From the NCBI GenBank assembly GCA_017545665.1, contig JAFWKQ010000034.1:26302-90301 (forward strand): a DNA stretch of 64,000 nucleotides. The letters are read 5' to 3'. A program made the translations under genes and the position numbers. Shown in pieces: positions 63,556 to 64,000 of this stretch. Position 1 is the first letter of the stretch, and the number at the start of each line of letters is the position of its first letter. The notes beneath the pieces are model-generated. The model saw nothing but the letters and a program-made list of their open reading frames with translations. It searched no databases and had not been told where the DNA came from. Origin of the DNA: Atopobiaceae bacterium. Its GTDB lineage: Bacteria; Actinomycetota; Coriobacteriia; Coriobacteriales; Atopobiaceae.

Positions 63556-64000
63556 ATGCCCAACAATCAAAACAGCCAAGATCAGCCTTCGAGCCCCACC
63601 CACAACGTGCGCACCGACTTCTCTTCCTACGATGCGGCGCGAATGGCGCATAAGGCAAGTGCGCAGACCTTTTCCGAACGCCATGGGCGCCTGGGAGGTA
63701 AAAAGGCCCTTGTGATTGCCGTCATGGCGGTTGTTTGCGTTGTGGCCATCGTGCTATGCACAACCGTCCTGCATAGGCCAGCCGGCTTAACCAATTCCTC
63801 CGCCGACACTCTGTCATCCCAAATGTCAACCGAGTCTCTGAGCACAAGTCCTGGGGTTCTTAACCCAAAGGCCCTCGACGGATGGTGGGCAAGCAGGGAA
63901 ATCATGGTGGATGGGACGGAGGGCGACTATACGACCGCCTTCCTTATTAAAGACGGCGTGGTGTACGAAGGAGGGCCAAATGGACTGTCGGGTGCCAGCT
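63556..64000 (+). CDS. Membrane-anchored protein, partial (runs off the window end)
   Basis: GGAGGAAGG lies 7 nt before ATG 63556. The open frame runs to position 64000, so it is absent from the ORF track, which needs a stop. The TM is ALVIAVMAVVCVVAIVLCTTVL. The outer segment LDGWWASREIMVDGTEGDYTTAFLIKDGVVY resembles 58844..59518. Confidence 0.5.
   Translation, partial: MPNNQNSQDQPSSPTHNVRTDFSSYDAARMAHKASAQTFSERHGRLGGKKALVIAVMAVVCVVAIVLCTTVLHRPAGLTNSSADTLSSQMSTESLSTSPGVLNPKALDGWWASREIMVDGTEGDYTTAFLIKDGVVYEGGPNGLSGAS

Overview
This is a 64-kb chromosomal window from a moderately high-GC Gram-positive bacterium. Lipobox lipoproteins, GC-rich codon usage and gene content look Coriobacteriia/Actinomycetota-like, but the taxon cannot be proven from this sequence alone. 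The window has three zones.

(1) 1-33 kb is a mosaic, partly decayed defence/mobile island. It holds an OLD/Toprim nuclease remnant, a giant DUF4116-metallophosphoesterase protein and an IS110 remnant. It also holds a complete DpnII-type GATC restriction-modification cassette (dpnM-dpnA-dpnB order), a PLD-helicase-DUF3427 protein and a low-GC AIPR abortive-infection gene. A SAM-methyltransferase gene is killed by a homopolymer frameshift plus a 420-bp MITE-like insertion. Further genes are a nuclease-helicase-HTH protein, two decayed DUF3800 genes, an orphan truncated HpaII-type endonuclease, a tandem set of small hydrophobic-peptide genes with type I toxin-antitoxin architecture, and a divergent pair of large SF1 helicases.

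(2) 33-39.4 kb starts with an ORF-poor GC-rich stretch. It then contains two NUDIX hydrolases, a GH5 lipoprotein cellulase and a repeat-containing lipoprotein. Two families of palindromic intergenic repeats are interspersed.

(3) 39.5-64 kb is the most interesting part. A tightly coupled 12-ORF (11-gene if the TAG-split pair is one gene) minus-strand operon is built around a 1145-aa tubulin/FtsZ-like protein. It also encodes a transmembrane vWA protein, a zinc-ribbon GTPase, a kinase-like protein, a Sel1-repeat membrane protein, a polytopic membrane protein and duplicated glycine-rich zinc-ribbon membrane proteins. A translationally coupled plus-strand operon diverges from it. That operon encodes three consecutive proteins that share a TIR-like/DUF4062-like N-terminal domain, two of them with TPR regions.

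No rRNA, tRNA or CRISPR array was seen. All domain calls come from motif reading by eye, and no database search was run.
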